Part shown: positions 36,412 to 46,637 of the stretch, in pieces
How positions within the stretch are numbered: the first letter of the stretch is position 1
Layout: every line of letters starts with the position of its first letter
Virus record (IMG/VR): IMGVR_UViG_3300050821_006280
Span: 1-64,000 of that record
Source of the DNA: a virus
Reading direction: 5' to 3' (one strand)
DNA: 64,000 nt
Notes under the pieces: generated by a model
Seen by the model: the letters and a program-made list of their open reading frames with translations, nothing else
The model's database searches: none
What the model was told of the DNA's origin: nothing
Made by a program: the position numbers and the translations under genes

Positions 36412-38241
36412 TCATCGATTATTCGAGTAACCGTTACGCGGCATCGAGTGGCGAAGCTCGTGTACTAATTCGCCCAACTCGCCGAGTCTATTAGCCATTC
36501 CACGATTGGACTTCAACACTTTTTCCATGTTGTCCTCCATCCGTTTCTCGTGATCTCGATTCCCGGCCATCAAATCTTTCTCAGTGATTGGCTGATAACC
36601 GGCCAATTGTCTCTTTAGTGGCCACATACGGGACAAAGAGCCTGCTTCGCGCATGTAGGCGCGTGCTTCTTCGGCCTGAACCGTTCCCGGCTTTGCAGTC
36701 ATCGCGTTTTGCAGCGGACCCATGCCGGCCATCTGTGCTTGTTGCTGCGCCTGGACAGCACCCTGAACCTGCAACTGCATGCCTCCAGCCTTCGCTTGGA
36801 TCTCGGCATCAGCGAGCATTTCTTCATGCCGTTGCTTGATGATGTATTCAATCTCGTGATCGCTAAGTCCGAATATCTTCTGGAGAATCCAATGCAGAGA
36901 AACAAACTGAGACATACGCCCTGCGAAGTCTGCCTTGGCGTTCCGAACCTCCAGCTGAGCCAGCTCAAAGATCGAGCTAGGCACGGTCATATAGATGTTG
37001 TAGTCGACCGCCGCGGGGTTGATATTCAGTGCTGCAAGGTGAACTCGCGCGACCTTAGAAAGTCCATTCCGTAGTTCTCGCTGTAAACGCAGGACTGTGC
37101 GAGCAAACCGAACGTCCTCCTGCGAAAGAACTCCTTTGCCGGTGGACTCTGCAAATCCGAGATATGTCTTCGGTACCTTGATCGCCGCGAAAAGCTTGAG
37201 ACGAAAATACTCGATGTCGTCCATGTGCTGCCAGGACGGTGATCCGAGCACGTCGATTCGTGTTCCCTGAACTCCCTTTCGGATTGGCAAGAAGAAGTCT
37301 TCATCTTGCGAAAGGGGATTGAATTTCAGGTCCAGCTTCCCCGTGGACGGATTGTAGAACTTCGTCTTCTTGTATTGCTGGCGAACCTTGTTGAGATACG
37401 CGAAGGCTTCCTTCGGAGGGAGATCGCCAACATCAACATAGAAGGCATACCGCTCAGGAGCGCGCTGAAGGCGATAGACCATGGCCGCGTCTTCGAGCAG
37501 CATCAGGCGCTTCCAAATCCATCGTGCAGGCTCTAAAACCGAGTGCCCGTAGATAGACCGCCGATGCTTGGATCGCATACGCATGTGGACAACTTCCCAG
37601 TCCTCAAGCGCAGCCATTTTCTCCCAGCCTTGGCCAGTTTCTCCGTACGCAGTACGCTGCGCCAAAATCTGCTTGAACTCATCTGGCGAGTATCCAAACC
37701 GACCTTTGAAGTCCTGGATAAAGCCAAACAGCTCTCCTCTGCGACCCTCAATACGTCGCATCGTTGGAGGAGGCAGAAAGTTGAGTCCTACGACACCATC
37801 ATTCGCAACGAGCAATTCCTCATAGTCGTTCCCGTACTTCACCAACGTGCGCGCCATCGACCAGATTTCTTCGTCGATGCGGAGCCGACGCTCCATTAAG
37901 TCGGTAATGATGGTCTCGATGGTCTTGTCTTGTGAATCACACCAGACAGTGCGGTTCTGAAGCGATTCATTCTGTGTGGCGTCGTCGGCGTAGATGTCGA
38001 TCGCAGATGCTAGTTCTGGATAGTCATCCATCTCCTCGTAGTCGACGAACCTCGCCATGAGGTCATGTTCGAGCTTGAGGTAATCAGAAAGTACGTCATA
38101 GCCATAGGCCTGAAGAAGATCGAAACCTGTCTGTGGATATGTAGAAGCCGTACCACCCTTAGCGAGCTGGAGAACAACCTTCTCTTTGTCCCATTGGAGA
38201 AGACTGCGAACCCGACCTGATACAGTTCCCCAGAAGCCCAT
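36412..38241 (-). CDS. Portal protein (T4 gp20 family)
   Basis: LEDAAMVYRLQRAPERYAFYVDVGDLP, EDFFLP, DIEYFRLKLFAAIKVP, EDVRFARTV. Confidence 0.96.
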   Translation of the reverse strand: MGFWGTVSGRVRSLLQWDKEKVVLQLAKGGTASTYPQTGFDLLQAYGYDVLSDYLKLEHDLMARFVDYEEMDDYPELASAIDIYADDATQNESLQNRTVWCDSQDKTIETIITDLMERRLRIDEEIWSMARTLVKYGNDYEELLVANDGVVGLNFLPPPTMRRIEGRRGELFGFIQDFKGRFGYSPDEFKQILAQRTAYGETGQGWEKMAALEDWEVVHMRMRSKHRRSIYGHSVLEPARWIWKRLMLLEDAAMVYRLQRAPERYAFYVDVGDLPPKEAFAYLNKVRQQYKKTKFYNPSTGKLDLKFNPLSQDEDFFLPIRKGVQGTRIDVLGSPSWQHMDDIEYFRLKLFAAIKVPKTYLGFAESTGKGVLSQEDVRFARTVLRLQRELRNGLSKVARVHLAALNINPAAVDYNIYMTVPSSIFELAQLEVRNAKADFAGRMSQFVSLHWILQKIFGLSDHEIEYIIKQRHEEMLADAEIQAKAGGMQLQVQGAVQAQQQAQMAGMGPLQNAMTAKPGTVQAEEARAYMREAGSLSRMWPLKRQLAGYQPITEKDLMAGNRDHEKRMEDNMEKVLKSNRGMANRLGELGELVHELRHSMPRNGYSNNR

Positions 38242-38252
38242 CTATGGTGTCC

Positions 38253-38558
38253 TCACAGTGCATCCTCGCCGAGCCGTGCTAAAACAACTCTCGCGATCCA
38301 GCACCAGCCACTCGCCACGGTCCCTGCGACCGCAACGTCCATCCATCGAGACAGGTGGCTGCCAGGACCAAGCCCCAACAGGCACCAAACGGTTCCGACC
38401 CAGAGGCCCATACACATGGGACACTTGATCCAGTAGCCGAGAACCTTCGATCTCCGATCGAGTAACTTCCTAAGCCACTCGAAGATCTTACCTGAGGTTA
38501 CAATATTCGTAACCCCGTATGACGCTAGAAGAAAGATCAGAAGCTGCATTTGATTCAA
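38253..38558 (-). CDS. DUF1360-like membrane protein
   Basis: LASYGVTNIV...IFEWLR...CPMCMGLWVG with hydrophobic segments. Confidence 0.7.
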   Translation of the reverse strand: MNQMQLLIFLLASYGVTNIVTSGKIFEWLRKLLDRRSKVLGYWIKCPMCMGLWVGTVWCLLGLGPGSHLSRWMDVAVAGTVASGWCWIARVVLARLGEDAL

Positions 38559-38659
38559 TAGATAAGCCGACCCGAATTAACGGATCGGCTATCGTATGCA
38601 ACCGTTCTTGCAGCGGCGGACTGGTCGGAGCAAGCGTTTGCGCGGAGTCGAGTACTGAT

Positions 38660-38962
38660 TCATTTTTTGTCGTCTCCTTCAGCGACGGAAACGATACTAA
38701 CCGCCTCGACGGGAATCGGCTCGTGATTACCGAAATCGGCTGGCTTTGGCGAGTCAAGCAATGCGCGCTGATCGCGTTCCGTAACTGGCTTCATCGCTAG
38801 CTTGATCGTATTTGGATCCAATGCTGCTCGTAAGATAGAGCCACTGGAATCTCTAGGACTTTTTTCGACAGTCGTCTGCGGATCTACGGAGCAATATGCC
38901 TCCGTGCGCACGTTCTCCACTGTCTTGTGCTTAAACTCGTCGTTCGATACTGGTTTGTCCAT
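38660..38962 (-). CDS. Hypothetical protein
   Basis: ORF in the operon; extended -10 (TGGTATTGT) 7 nt before the ATG. Confidence 0.5.
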   Translation of the reverse strand: MDKPVSNDEFKHKTVENVRTEAYCSVDPQTTVEKSPRDSSGSILRAALDPNTIKLAMKPVTERDQRALLDSPKPADFGNHEPIPVEAVSIVSVAEGDDKK

Positions 38963-38992
38963 CAATCGGACAATACCATTGAGAGGATCTAA

Positions 38993-39313
38993 CTACCAGG
39001 CTTCGATCTCAAAGGCGCCGTTTCCACCAGAGCCCCGAACTGAAATCCCACCCTCGTGACGATCGAAATAGAAGTATTCGTTTCCTGCTGGCACACGGCC
39101 ATGGACGTTTTGTCCATCAAACGAGAACTCAATATCGGCCGTTGTTGCAACGATACGAAGACCCTGAGACCACGCCTGACCACCGCTTCCATTCGGATGA
39201 ACGAACAGGAACGCATTATCAGTAAAGTTTGCTGTCGTCGTCCCGGTCGCCGCGAACCGAAGCGAGTACATATTGGTTGGGATTGGCGGCGGCCAACCAG
39301 TGGGGAATGGCAT
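38993..39313 (-). CDS. Hypothetical beta-rich protein (possibly structural)
   Basis: RBS AAGGAG; all-beta pattern. Confidence 0.6.
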   Translation of the reverse strand: MPFPTGWPPPIPTNMYSLRFAATGTTTANFTDNAFLFVHPNGSGGQAWSQGLRIVATTADIEFSFDGQNVHGRVPAGNEYFYFDRHEGGISVRGSGGNGAFEIEAW

Positions 39314-39326
39314 CGGTCAGTGCTCC

Positions 39327-39713
39327 TTAGCCGTTGAGCGCAGAAGGAACAGCTGTCGGTGGAGTCACAAGCTTCGACAGAGTTGCATCGACCAGCTTCG
39401 ACAACGAATCGCCAGCCTTCTGCTCTAGGTTGTGCTGCGCCAGTTCAGTGTTGACGAAGTCAATGACGGACTTCAGCTTCTGCTCACTTGGAGTTTTCGG
39501 TTTTCCAGCCTTGACTGCATTCTGCGATGCTTTCTCGGCAGCGAGGATTCCCTTCGTCACGAGATCCTGCACCTTGTCTTCGTAGGCCATCGCAGCGTCG
39601 AGATGGAACTTCTTGGCCAGCGCCGTGAATAGATCACGGGCAAGCACCAGAACTACTGGCGTTGCGATGGTGAATACGATCGGAATCAAGTTCTCCAGAA
39701 TCATCTTGAGCAT
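39327..39713 (-). CDS. Putative holin (LL-H-like)
   Basis: Single N-terminal TM segment followed by AAEK...EQKLKSVIDFV amphipathic helices; RBS GAGGAG. Confidence 0.6.
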   Translation of the reverse strand: MLKMILENLIPIVFTIATPVVLVLARDLFTALAKKFHLDAAMAYEDKVQDLVTKGILAAEKASQNAVKAGKPKTPSEQKLKSVIDFVNTELAQHNLEQKAGDSLSKLVDATLSKLVTPPTAVPSALNG

Positions 39714-39725
39714 GAACAGCTCCTC

Positions 39726-39992
39726 TTATGACTTTCGTCGTCTCACCACAAGCGCTGGCTGAATCCGAGGTCTTTGTTCAGAAACCGGCTCTTTCTTCGC
39801 TTGATCGGCATTGCGAAGATACTGCAAAAGTGCCGTTTGGAAAACCTGGGCTGCCGTGCATCCCTCTTTTGCCGCCTGATCAGATATCAATCTATAAGTC
39901 GAAGCTGGAAGCACAAGAAACATGAATTCTGTCTCGGGTGCTTCACCAAGAATTTGGCTAGCCTCTCGAAGCGGCTCGCCTTTCACCTTCAC
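39726..39992 (-). CDS. Ribbon-helix-helix-like DNA-binding protein
   Basis: FMFLVLPASTYRLISDQAAKEGCTAAQVFQTALLQYL; GTG start with RBS GGAGG. Confidence 0.6.
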   Translation of the reverse strand: MKVKGEPLREASQILGEAPETEFMFLVLPASTYRLISDQAAKEGCTAAQVFQTALLQYLRNADQAKKEPVSEQRPRIQPALVVRRRKS

Positions 39993-40822
39993 GATCCGCC
40001 TCCGACCGGAGCTGGTGTCCCAATAGCTCCAGAACCACCATCTCGTTTTGCTGCAAATGGAACGGGGTCGCTCATGTACCACTGGATGCCCATCTCCAAT
40101 AGACGGACTTCTGCCGGATCCATTTGCGGCATCTTTACTGCCGCACGCTGGAAAGCTGCCTGGAGGATTGCTCCGGTCGGAATCGTTTTGTCTTTCGACA
40201 TGATCTCTAGCGCAGCCTTCCAAACCCGCCACGCCCCTTCACTCCGAAAGCCGAGGCCAGGAGATTTCGCCGGATCGTAAATTCCGCCCTGAGGCTGTCC
40301 ATCGCTATTATTCGAGAACCCAGGACCACCAATCGTTGGACCACCCTGGCGAATATTGACGCTGAGCGGATTCGGGACGGCAAATCCTGTCCATGCTACT
40401 GCACCTGCGCCGCTGCCCCCGGAAAACTCCAATAATCCCAACGAACGCCTCATCTCATGAATGACCCTGACCTTAGACGGCGGCACCCAGGAGGAACCCA
40501 TAGCTCCGCCACCAGGCCCAGCCCCAGCTCCGCCGGCTCCAGCTCCGCTGCCAGATGGAGATGCGCCACCAGCCGCTGGCGCATCGTCAGCGTCATGATC
40601 TCCGTCGTTGCCCGAATACGATCCAGGAGTCTTCGGGGTTCCAAGGCTTCCGCGATAGAACAGAGGAGCAAATGCCGCCGTATAGTGTTTTCTCTTCTTT
40701 TTCTTTGACTTAGTCTCTTCCTTCTTCTCTTCTTGGAAATCTGGCTCGAACACTTGGGCCTGCCGCGCTGATCTTGCAGCGCGATTAAGAACGCTTCCGA
40801 GGTTGTCGAATGAAATCGCCAT
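39989..40822 (-). CDS. Gly-rich hypothetical protein
   Basis: Follows the terminase gene; low complexity; poly-Lys tract. Confidence 0.65.
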   Translation of the reverse strand: MAISFDNLGSVLNRAARSARQAQVFEPDFQEEKKEETKSKKKKRKHYTAAFAPLFYRGSLGTPKTPGSYSGNDGDHDADDAPAAGGASPSGSGAGAGGAGAGPGGGAMGSSWVPPSKVRVIHEMRRSLGLLEFSGGSGAGAVAWTGFAVPNPLSVNIRQGGPTIGGPGFSNNSDGQPQGGIYDPAKSPGLGFRSEGAWRVWKAALEIMSKDKTIPTGAILQAAFQRAAVKMPQMDPAEVRLLEMGIQWYMSDPVPFAAKRDGGSGAIGTPAPVGGGS

Positions 40823-40825
40823 TGT

Positions 40826-42856
40826 TTACCCCGTGAGAAACGGCATAAAAAAGTTCGATGGCTCTACAATTTCGCGCTGTTGATCAACCATCGGATCTCC
40901 ATACTGAGAGATGCCTCTAACGATACCCATAGGTGCACCACGATATTTCGTCGTCAGAGAATACACGACGCCAGCGAGCGCATCGGACACGTCCTTAGAT
41001 CCGAGTCTCGGGTGATCGACCTTGTTCCGTATCCTGTCATGTTGCAGAGCGCGAAGTTCTTTGAGAACAGGCTCATATCTGTACATCATCAATCTATTTT
41101 CGTAGATAGCAGCCTTGAGTGTGTCATAGGCATCCATCGGCTTATCGACAGACACCCGTTCTGCTTCGATCCCTTGTGTTGTAAAAATCTGGAGAGACGC
41201 AGCCGAGTTATATTGATCCATAGAGAGATATCCGACCGCGAATCCGTGTTGCCTCATCTGATGGACCAGTCCTCTAACTTGCGCCTGATCGATTTCCCCG
41301 CCAATGGGCGGAATGATTCTCAACATCAGGTCGATCCAAATGATCGGAGCAGGCTCCGTATATGTCTCGCCAGTCTCCATGTTCCGTCGCTGAACATTTT
41401 TGAATCCCACCACGCAGCCACAGCAAAAACCAGTTGCGTCACTTGTAAGAGATGGGTCGATATGGACATGCCGCGTAGTGCCAGGATGGAATTTCGGAGC
41501 CCACCCATCGAATAATTCGGCCCCATCGCGTACCCTTACCTGGCTTGCAACCCGGTCCCACAGGAACTTGCCACTACCTTTCTGATCCCATTCCTCTACT
41601 GAAAATGGATGTTGATGTGGCGAATCGCTAAGCGAAAGACACTTTTCGAGAAGATCACGCTGCTGAATGAACGGGCTGATCGATACGGTTTCAACACCAG
41701 CAACGTCTCGAATGGACCCTTCTAGATCTGCCTCGAAGTCTTTGCGAAAGTCTTCTGGTACCGAGATGATGATGACACTGTCAAACTGACCGCTCTCCTT
41801 CAGCTTTTCACGGACTGGCTCGACTTCCTCGTCCTTCAAAATGCGTGATGGAACCGTCTCGTTACCGACCAATACGTGGAATGTCTTCTGCCCGTAAGCT
41901 TCCCGCTTTACGTCCCACATAGCGTAATCGCGGACAAAGACCTCGGGGTCATCCTTTGAGTCCCGAATCCTCTTCGCAGTAAAGTCTTCTTTCGTGCGCT
42001 TCGATGACACTACGATCATGAGGCCCGGCATACGGCCGCCTCTCATGAAGCGGGACTTCATACGTCGGACTAGCTGATCGTATAGCGCTTGTGCTTTATC
42101 TCTGTTGCCCCATCTTTCGTTTGCTGACGCTCCACGCTTGAGATTCTCGAAAAAGTTACCTTCGTCCATGATGCCGCCAAAGACGTTCAAACCCAGGGCA
42201 GCCGTATCAGTGGATGCTCGCGGAGCGACCCAGACGTTGTGCGGGAATCGAATTTCGCGTTTCGTTACCTCGAACGGGAAATTCTCCATAAAATATGGGG
42301 ACTGCTTGATTTTCGTGACAATATTCTCGAACACAACCTTCATCGCCAGCTGTTCACTGACGGAGATTGCGATCAGAGCAATGTTGGTGTCTTTAGCAAT
42401 ACCAAAGCTACGGTGTGGATCGCGAAGACAAGAGATCTCGTACAACACTCGGATCAATGCGATCGATGCAAAGAAGGTTTTTCCCCAACCGATCGATCCA
42501 GTGAGAATAGCCTCCCTGTAGCCACCATCAAAAAGCTCTTTAAGATCCTCGACTAACTGAGGATACAGGTTGTCGCATGTGGTGCCGAGGTAATAGGGGT
42601 CCTTGATGAAAGTCTCGATATCCACCATTGGGCGGAGGTATTCTCCGTCGCTGAGCGCATCGTAGATGCGAACTGGACCACCCCCGGTCTGAGCCTCAAT
42701 CGGACTTCGCATCGCAGGATCGCCCATCTCTCGAATCGTGAGAACAAGCGCCTCCTGCTCGGACGGAGATAGCTTCTGAAACTCCTTGAGAAGCATCGAA
42801 AGATACTCCTCGTTTGTCCTCTCAGAATGTACCCGGCCCCCTTTGTCCTTGATCAC
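40826..42856 (-). CDS. terL: Terminase large subunit
   Basis: Walker A GSIGWGKT, Walker B GIMDEG, nuclease HVHIDPS...DHP..GSKDVSDA. Confidence 0.93.
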   Translation of the reverse strand: MIKDKGGRVHSERTNEEYLSMLLKEFQKLSPSEQEALVLTIREMGDPAMRSPIEAQTGGGPVRIYDALSDGEYLRPMVDIETFIKDPYYLGTTCDNLYPQLVEDLKELFDGGYREAILTGSIGWGKTFFASIALIRVLYEISCLRDPHRSFGIAKDTNIALIAISVSEQLAMKVVFENIVTKIKQSPYFMENFPFEVTKREIRFPHNVWVAPRASTDTAALGLNVFGGIMDEGNFFENLKRGASANERWGNRDKAQALYDQLVRRMKSRFMRGGRMPGLMIVVSSKRTKEDFTAKRIRDSKDDPEVFVRDYAMWDVKREAYGQKTFHVLVGNETVPSRILKDEEVEPVREKLKESGQFDSVIIISVPEDFRKDFEADLEGSIRDVAGVETVSISPFIQQRDLLEKCLSLSDSPHQHPFSVEEWDQKGSGKFLWDRVASQVRVRDGAELFDGWAPKFHPGTTRHVHIDPSLTSDATGFCCGCVVGFKNVQRRNMETGETYTEPAPIIWIDLMLRIIPPIGGEIDQAQVRGLVHQMRQHGFAVGYLSMDQYNSAASLQIFTTQGIEAERVSVDKPMDAYDTLKAAIYENRLMMYRYEPVLKELRALQHDRIRNKVDHPRLGSKDVSDALAGVVYSLTTKYRGAPMGIVRGISQYGDPMVDQQREIVEPSNFFMPFLTG

Positions 42857-43632
42857 GGCGCACCAGGCGGCAACACCGGTGCAGATCCACCTTCGTTCTC
42901 GTTCCCCTCCGCATCGTCTATTGGCTTCGCATCGATCACGTCAGGTTGCTGAACGTCGCTAACTCTCCCCAGCACATCGACGACATCCAAGCTGGCCTTT
43001 GCTCCGAGCTGAAACAGACGCTCTGCAAGACCTAAGACCTTACGCCGCGAGTCTGGATCGGAAATGACCTTCCCAATGGAATCCTTGCCGTAACGCTCAG
43101 TAACTTCTGCGGCGACCTGGCCGGTGACTTCCATCGTTCCAAGCTGTCGTTTTACAAGCCCAAGGTCCATCTTCAGCTCAGCTGATTGCCGCAGGATCTT
43201 CATTGCAACGAAGACTTCTCTGCCCGTCGTCGCAAACAGCTTGCCCAGCTTTTTTTCGTTCTGAAAGTCGATCTGGATACGTTCTTCCTGAAGTTTGTAG
43301 AGCTTCTCTAGCTCATCCAGCTCGCTGATCCCGTCAGCTAGCTTTCTCGTAGCGTTACGAGCCACCAAAGAATTTGCCGAGACCATCGACAGCTCAGCTG
43401 CTGGAATCGTACCGCGGTAAGTATCAATGAGCTTCTTGATGTACGTGGCCGATAGGTCGGTCCACTCGCCAAACTCTTGCTGAATCGCCTTCGTCAAGGC
43501 TGGCGTCGTCCATCCAAGACGAAGCCTACGATCAATCTCGCTAAAACACTCAAGATCACCAAGCCGTCCCATCCCACCGCCGCCGCCACGGCTGATCGGA
43601 GTGATCCTTGGCTTTCTCGGCTCATCATTCAT
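42853..43632 (-). CDS. Putative terminase small subunit
   Basis: Helical ORF overlapping the terL start; N-terminal HTH-like region plus coiled coil. Confidence 0.6.
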   Translation of the reverse strand: MNDEPRKPRITPISRGGGGGMGRLGDLECFSEIDRRLRLGWTTPALTKAIQQEFGEWTDLSATYIKKLIDTYRGTIPAAELSMVSANSLVARNATRKLADGISELDELEKLYKLQEERIQIDFQNEKKLGKLFATTGREVFVAMKILRQSAELKMDLGLVKRQLGTMEVTGQVAAEVTERYGKDSIGKVISDPDSRRKVLGLAERLFQLGAKASLDVVDVLGRVSDVQQPDVIDAKPIDDAEGNENEGGSAPVLPPGAP

Positions 43633-43677
43633 CAGGAATGTCCTTACCCGATATAAATCGATCGGGTTATATAGACA

Positions 43678-43707
43678 ATCCTATATCAATAACGAGACTT
43701 ATCGCAA
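43678..43707 (-). promoter_or_regulatory. Sigma70-like promoter upstream of the terminase operon
   Basis: TTGCGA-N18-TAGGAT. Confidence 0.5.
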
Positions 43708-43755
43708 CCTGGCGCTAGGTAGGGGAGATCTTCGACGCAAGTGTCTGCGCGGAAG

Positions 43756-45108
43756 CTACTGCTGGGGAGGCATATCATCCGCGGGCTGTTCTTGGATGAT
43801 CGAAAGAAAATCAAATCCTTCATCGCTGATTTGGCCAATCATCGCATTGACATATTCGATGATATTGACGTTCGTAGGGCCATCTGCACCATACCCTCGA
43901 CGCAGAGGTACAAGGACATTGGATACAAACTCGATCGGTCTCTCCAAAACAGAACGAGATTCCATCTGGAGGTATGCCATCCTTGCATAGAAACCTGCGA
44001 TGCCCTGAAGAGGGATATCCAGAGCCGCCAGGACACGTCCAGCATGGAGGGCAATGTCGTCGCTAAGAGCTTCGCATACTTGATCAAACGTTACGAGTGC
44101 CTCCTGGACGTTTATCGGCGAAAGACTCTCTAGCAAAAAAGGAAGATCCCACGAGCTTGCTGGCTGAGCTGACGCAGCCCTGTCCAGTCCTGAGTAATTC
44201 TTCCTGCCCCAGCCCTTAGCCCGTTGGTTCGCATAGGCCTCAGCTGTCATTCCAGGATGCGGAAACGATAGCTGAAGATTCGGAATCACTAAACGATCGG
44301 TATTCATGTTGTACATGTAACTACTGAGCGGGCGCTCTTGTACGCCGAGTACGAAATCGATTGCATAGGCGCGATAGATGCTGTGGCGCAGCCGATCGCT
44401 TGACCGCGCCCACCTCTCTTGGTCTGAGACTCCAAGAGTTCCCCAGTATTCAACAAAATCATCCGCATCCGTGGGACAGAGCTGGAGTATTGCTGCCATC
44501 CCTAAACGCTCATCAATTTCGATAGGAGAAGTGCGCAGCTGGCGAGCCATGCGTTCACGAACCGCATCCGAAATAAGCGGGACGGGATCGATATCCCTCA
44601 CCACCAGTGGTGGTACTAGATCTTCGGACCCGAGGGCCTTTACAACCTCGTATGCAGCCTGCTCGCGACGTAGCAAGGCATAGTCTTCATCGAGCTGGTA
44701 CTCCTCACCCCACCGCTTCTGAAGGCCGTCTGATGGGTCCTCGAACTTGAGCCAACAGCTTCTGAGAGCTTCCCCGAGCCGCACGCGTGCCCAGAAGACA
44801 CCACCAGAGCCATCTAGCACCCTCTCTTCGACAAGCTCGATAGGAGCCTCTAGAAGCATCTCCCAGAGATCAGCCTCCGGCTGATTCCACGGAGGTGCTC
44901 CTGCGTCGCCATCGAACCGAACAGCTGGGAAAAGAACCATACCCGTGTGCGGCGAAATCGTTGGGTGCTCCGGTAGCTCAACTATGCCCTCCGCAGGAGG
45001 TTCCTGGCTTTGAGCTTCGATCTCGGTTGGGATTGGAGCTGGCGGGGAGTGGCTGAGAGTGCCGAAGACGTTGCTCAGCTCAGACAGCGGTCTCTTGCTC
45101 TGCGACAA
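43756..45108 (-). CDS. PI3/4K-HipA-fold kinase-like protein, probable pseudokinase
   Basis: GSGGVF, WLKFE, RREQAAYEVVKALG..LVPPLVVR; catalytic loop DFVLGVQERPLSS and LVIPN lack the usual Asp/Asn/Asp. Confidence 0.75.
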   Translation of the reverse strand: MSQSKRPLSELSNVFGTLSHSPPAPIPTEIEAQSQEPPAEGIVELPEHPTISPHTGMVLFPAVRFDGDAGAPPWNQPEADLWEMLLEAPIELVEERVLDGSGGVFWARVRLGEALRSCWLKFEDPSDGLQKRWGEEYQLDEDYALLRREQAAYEVVKALGSEDLVPPLVVRDIDPVPLISDAVRERMARQLRTSPIEIDERLGMAAILQLCPTDADDFVEYWGTLGVSDQERWARSSDRLRHSIYRAYAIDFVLGVQERPLSSYMYNMNTDRLVIPNLQLSFPHPGMTAEAYANQRAKGWGRKNYSGLDRAASAQPASSWDLPFLLESLSPINVQEALVTFDQVCEALSDDIALHAGRVLAALDIPLQGIAGFYARMAYLQMESRSVLERPIEFVSNVLVPLRRGYGADGPTNVNIIEYVNAMIGQISDEGFDFLSIIQEQPADDMPPQQ

Positions 45109-45379
45109 GTTCAGCCTCCGGGAGAAGTTCGATCAGTTCCGACGACTTCCCAAGGTACTTGAAAGCGGTGCGCACGTCATTCACCTGAGCAACGTACAAA
45201 GGGTTCATCGACGACCGAAGATCGTCATGAGCCGCCTGGAGAGAATCATATGGCAGCTCCTCCTGCGCGATCTTCCCGTCCGACATCAACCGCCTAACAG
45301 CGACCATCCCTTCGTCGTCGATGTAATAGACAGCCGAAACCTTTGAAAAATCCCCTGAATATCCAAACATCACCGTCAT
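45080..45379 (-). CDS. Small partner protein of kinase-like gene (99 aa)
   Basis: RBS AGGAG; overlaps the start of the downstream kinase-like gene. Confidence 0.65.
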   Translation of the reverse strand: MTVMFGYSGDFSKVSAVYYIDDEGMVAVRRLMSDGKIAQEELPYDSLQAAHDDLRSSMNPLYVAQVNDVRTAFKYLGKSSELIELLPEAELVAEQETAV

Positions 45380-45425
45380 CTGTTACCAGTCTCCTGGCCT
45401 ATTATACGAACGATAATCACACGGA

Positions 45426-46637
45426 TTACCGGCTTTGGTTCCCATGATCTGTCTGTGTTGCATCGTTCTGCCGGAATCTATCTGGTTGATTTATTGCGCG
45501 ATTGGCAAGCGTGCCTTCCAATCCATGAGTTAAAAGCTCATGCGCATTTCGTTGGATCAACGAGGCGTCATCGGGATGGATGCCATGTTGCCCAAAATGC
45601 TCTCCACGCACGTAGGAGTGTAGTTGAGCTTGGACCTCGGGAGGGAAATTCGTCCCCCACTGCATCCCGTTCTTGTCATACGCCAGCTTTCCCCCTGGCA
45701 AGAAGTGAGAACGGACGCTCTCCTTGCCATGCATCTCTCTCCACGCACGCTGCGCATGCGATTCGCCGCCGATATCGTTGTCGAAGAGAACTGGGTGCAC
45801 CTTCCCATTCTGTCCGCGGGACAAACGAATATTCCCACCGTGACCATCTGTCTGACTGTGAAGAACATGAGCGACGGCGCCGATCATTCGATGCTGATCA
45901 TCAACCGCATCAATATCCCCCTGGCTCGAATGAGAGAGATTTTCGCCTGGAGAAAATTCGACAACATGCGCCGGCTGGCCTGCATGCGACCTTGCCATCT
46001 TCAACTGCTTTTCAGGCGTATCACTCTCGTCGGGATATGGGTGGCGCTTCGTCAACTGTCCGTGACCATGAAACGTACCGACGAAATTCGGCGTACCCAT
46101 GTGATGAGCACCGACCGCAGATAGGAAGTCATAGAGATGGGCGTTCTTAGCCCCGATTCTCTCGGGCTGATGAGTTGGATCAATCGTGGCCAACGGCTTC
46201 AAGATGGCCTGGTGACCGTTGCTCATTCGGGAATGAAAAACAGCATTCCGTGAGTCACCGAGATGTCGGACATTTTCAGCACTGGCTTGCTGATCGTTAT
46301 ATCGCTCCATGTGCTGCTGCTGGCGGATATGGCCATGCGGCAAATCTGGGCGCGTCTGCTGTGCAAGCGTCGGCTGCCCCGTGTCATGAGCCATAAATGG
46401 CTGTCGGACAGGCTGAATAGGTGATGCCATAGGCTCAACAGCAGGCGCTCCTCCCGGAACTCCCGTCGCAATTGCCTTCTTCCTAGCCTTTGGAGCCGCG
46501 GCATTTGTTCTAAAATCCGCCATTGGCGGTGCTGGCGCCTTTGGCTCTTTCCTTGGCATGTCCCGCAAATAGGAGAGATCTGGTGTTTCCTCGAACAATG
46601 CCGATACAGGCATTAGCGGCAACTTAGGCGCGCGCAT
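45426..46637 (-). CDS. PI3/4K-HipA-fold kinase, catalytic motifs intact
   Basis: LGDSRNAVF, AILKP, QTDGHGGNI (D-x-H-x-x-N), VLFDND; start reassigned to ATG 46637. Confidence 0.75.
   Translation of the reverse strand: MRAPKLPLMPVSALFEETPDLSYLRDMPRKEPKAPAPPMADFRTNAAAPKARKKAIATGVPGGAPAVEPMASPIQPVRQPFMAHDTGQPTLAQQTRPDLPHGHIRQQQHMERYNDQQASAENVRHLGDSRNAVFHSRMSNGHQAILKPLATIDPTHQPERIGAKNAHLYDFLSAVGAHHMGTPNFVGTFHGHGQLTKRHPYPDESDTPEKQLKMARSHAGQPAHVVEFSPGENLSHSSQGDIDAVDDQHRMIGAVAHVLHSQTDGHGGNIRLSRGQNGKVHPVLFDNDIGGESHAQRAWREMHGKESVRSHFLPGGKLAYDKNGMQWGTNFPPEVQAQLHSYVRGEHFGQHGIHPDDASLIQRNAHELLTHGLEGTLANRAINQPDRFRQNDATQTDHGNQSR

Noticed and set aside
36412-42856. Inteins/introns in terminase or portal
   Set aside because: Lengths are normal and no intein splice motifs or LAGLIDADG blocks are visible
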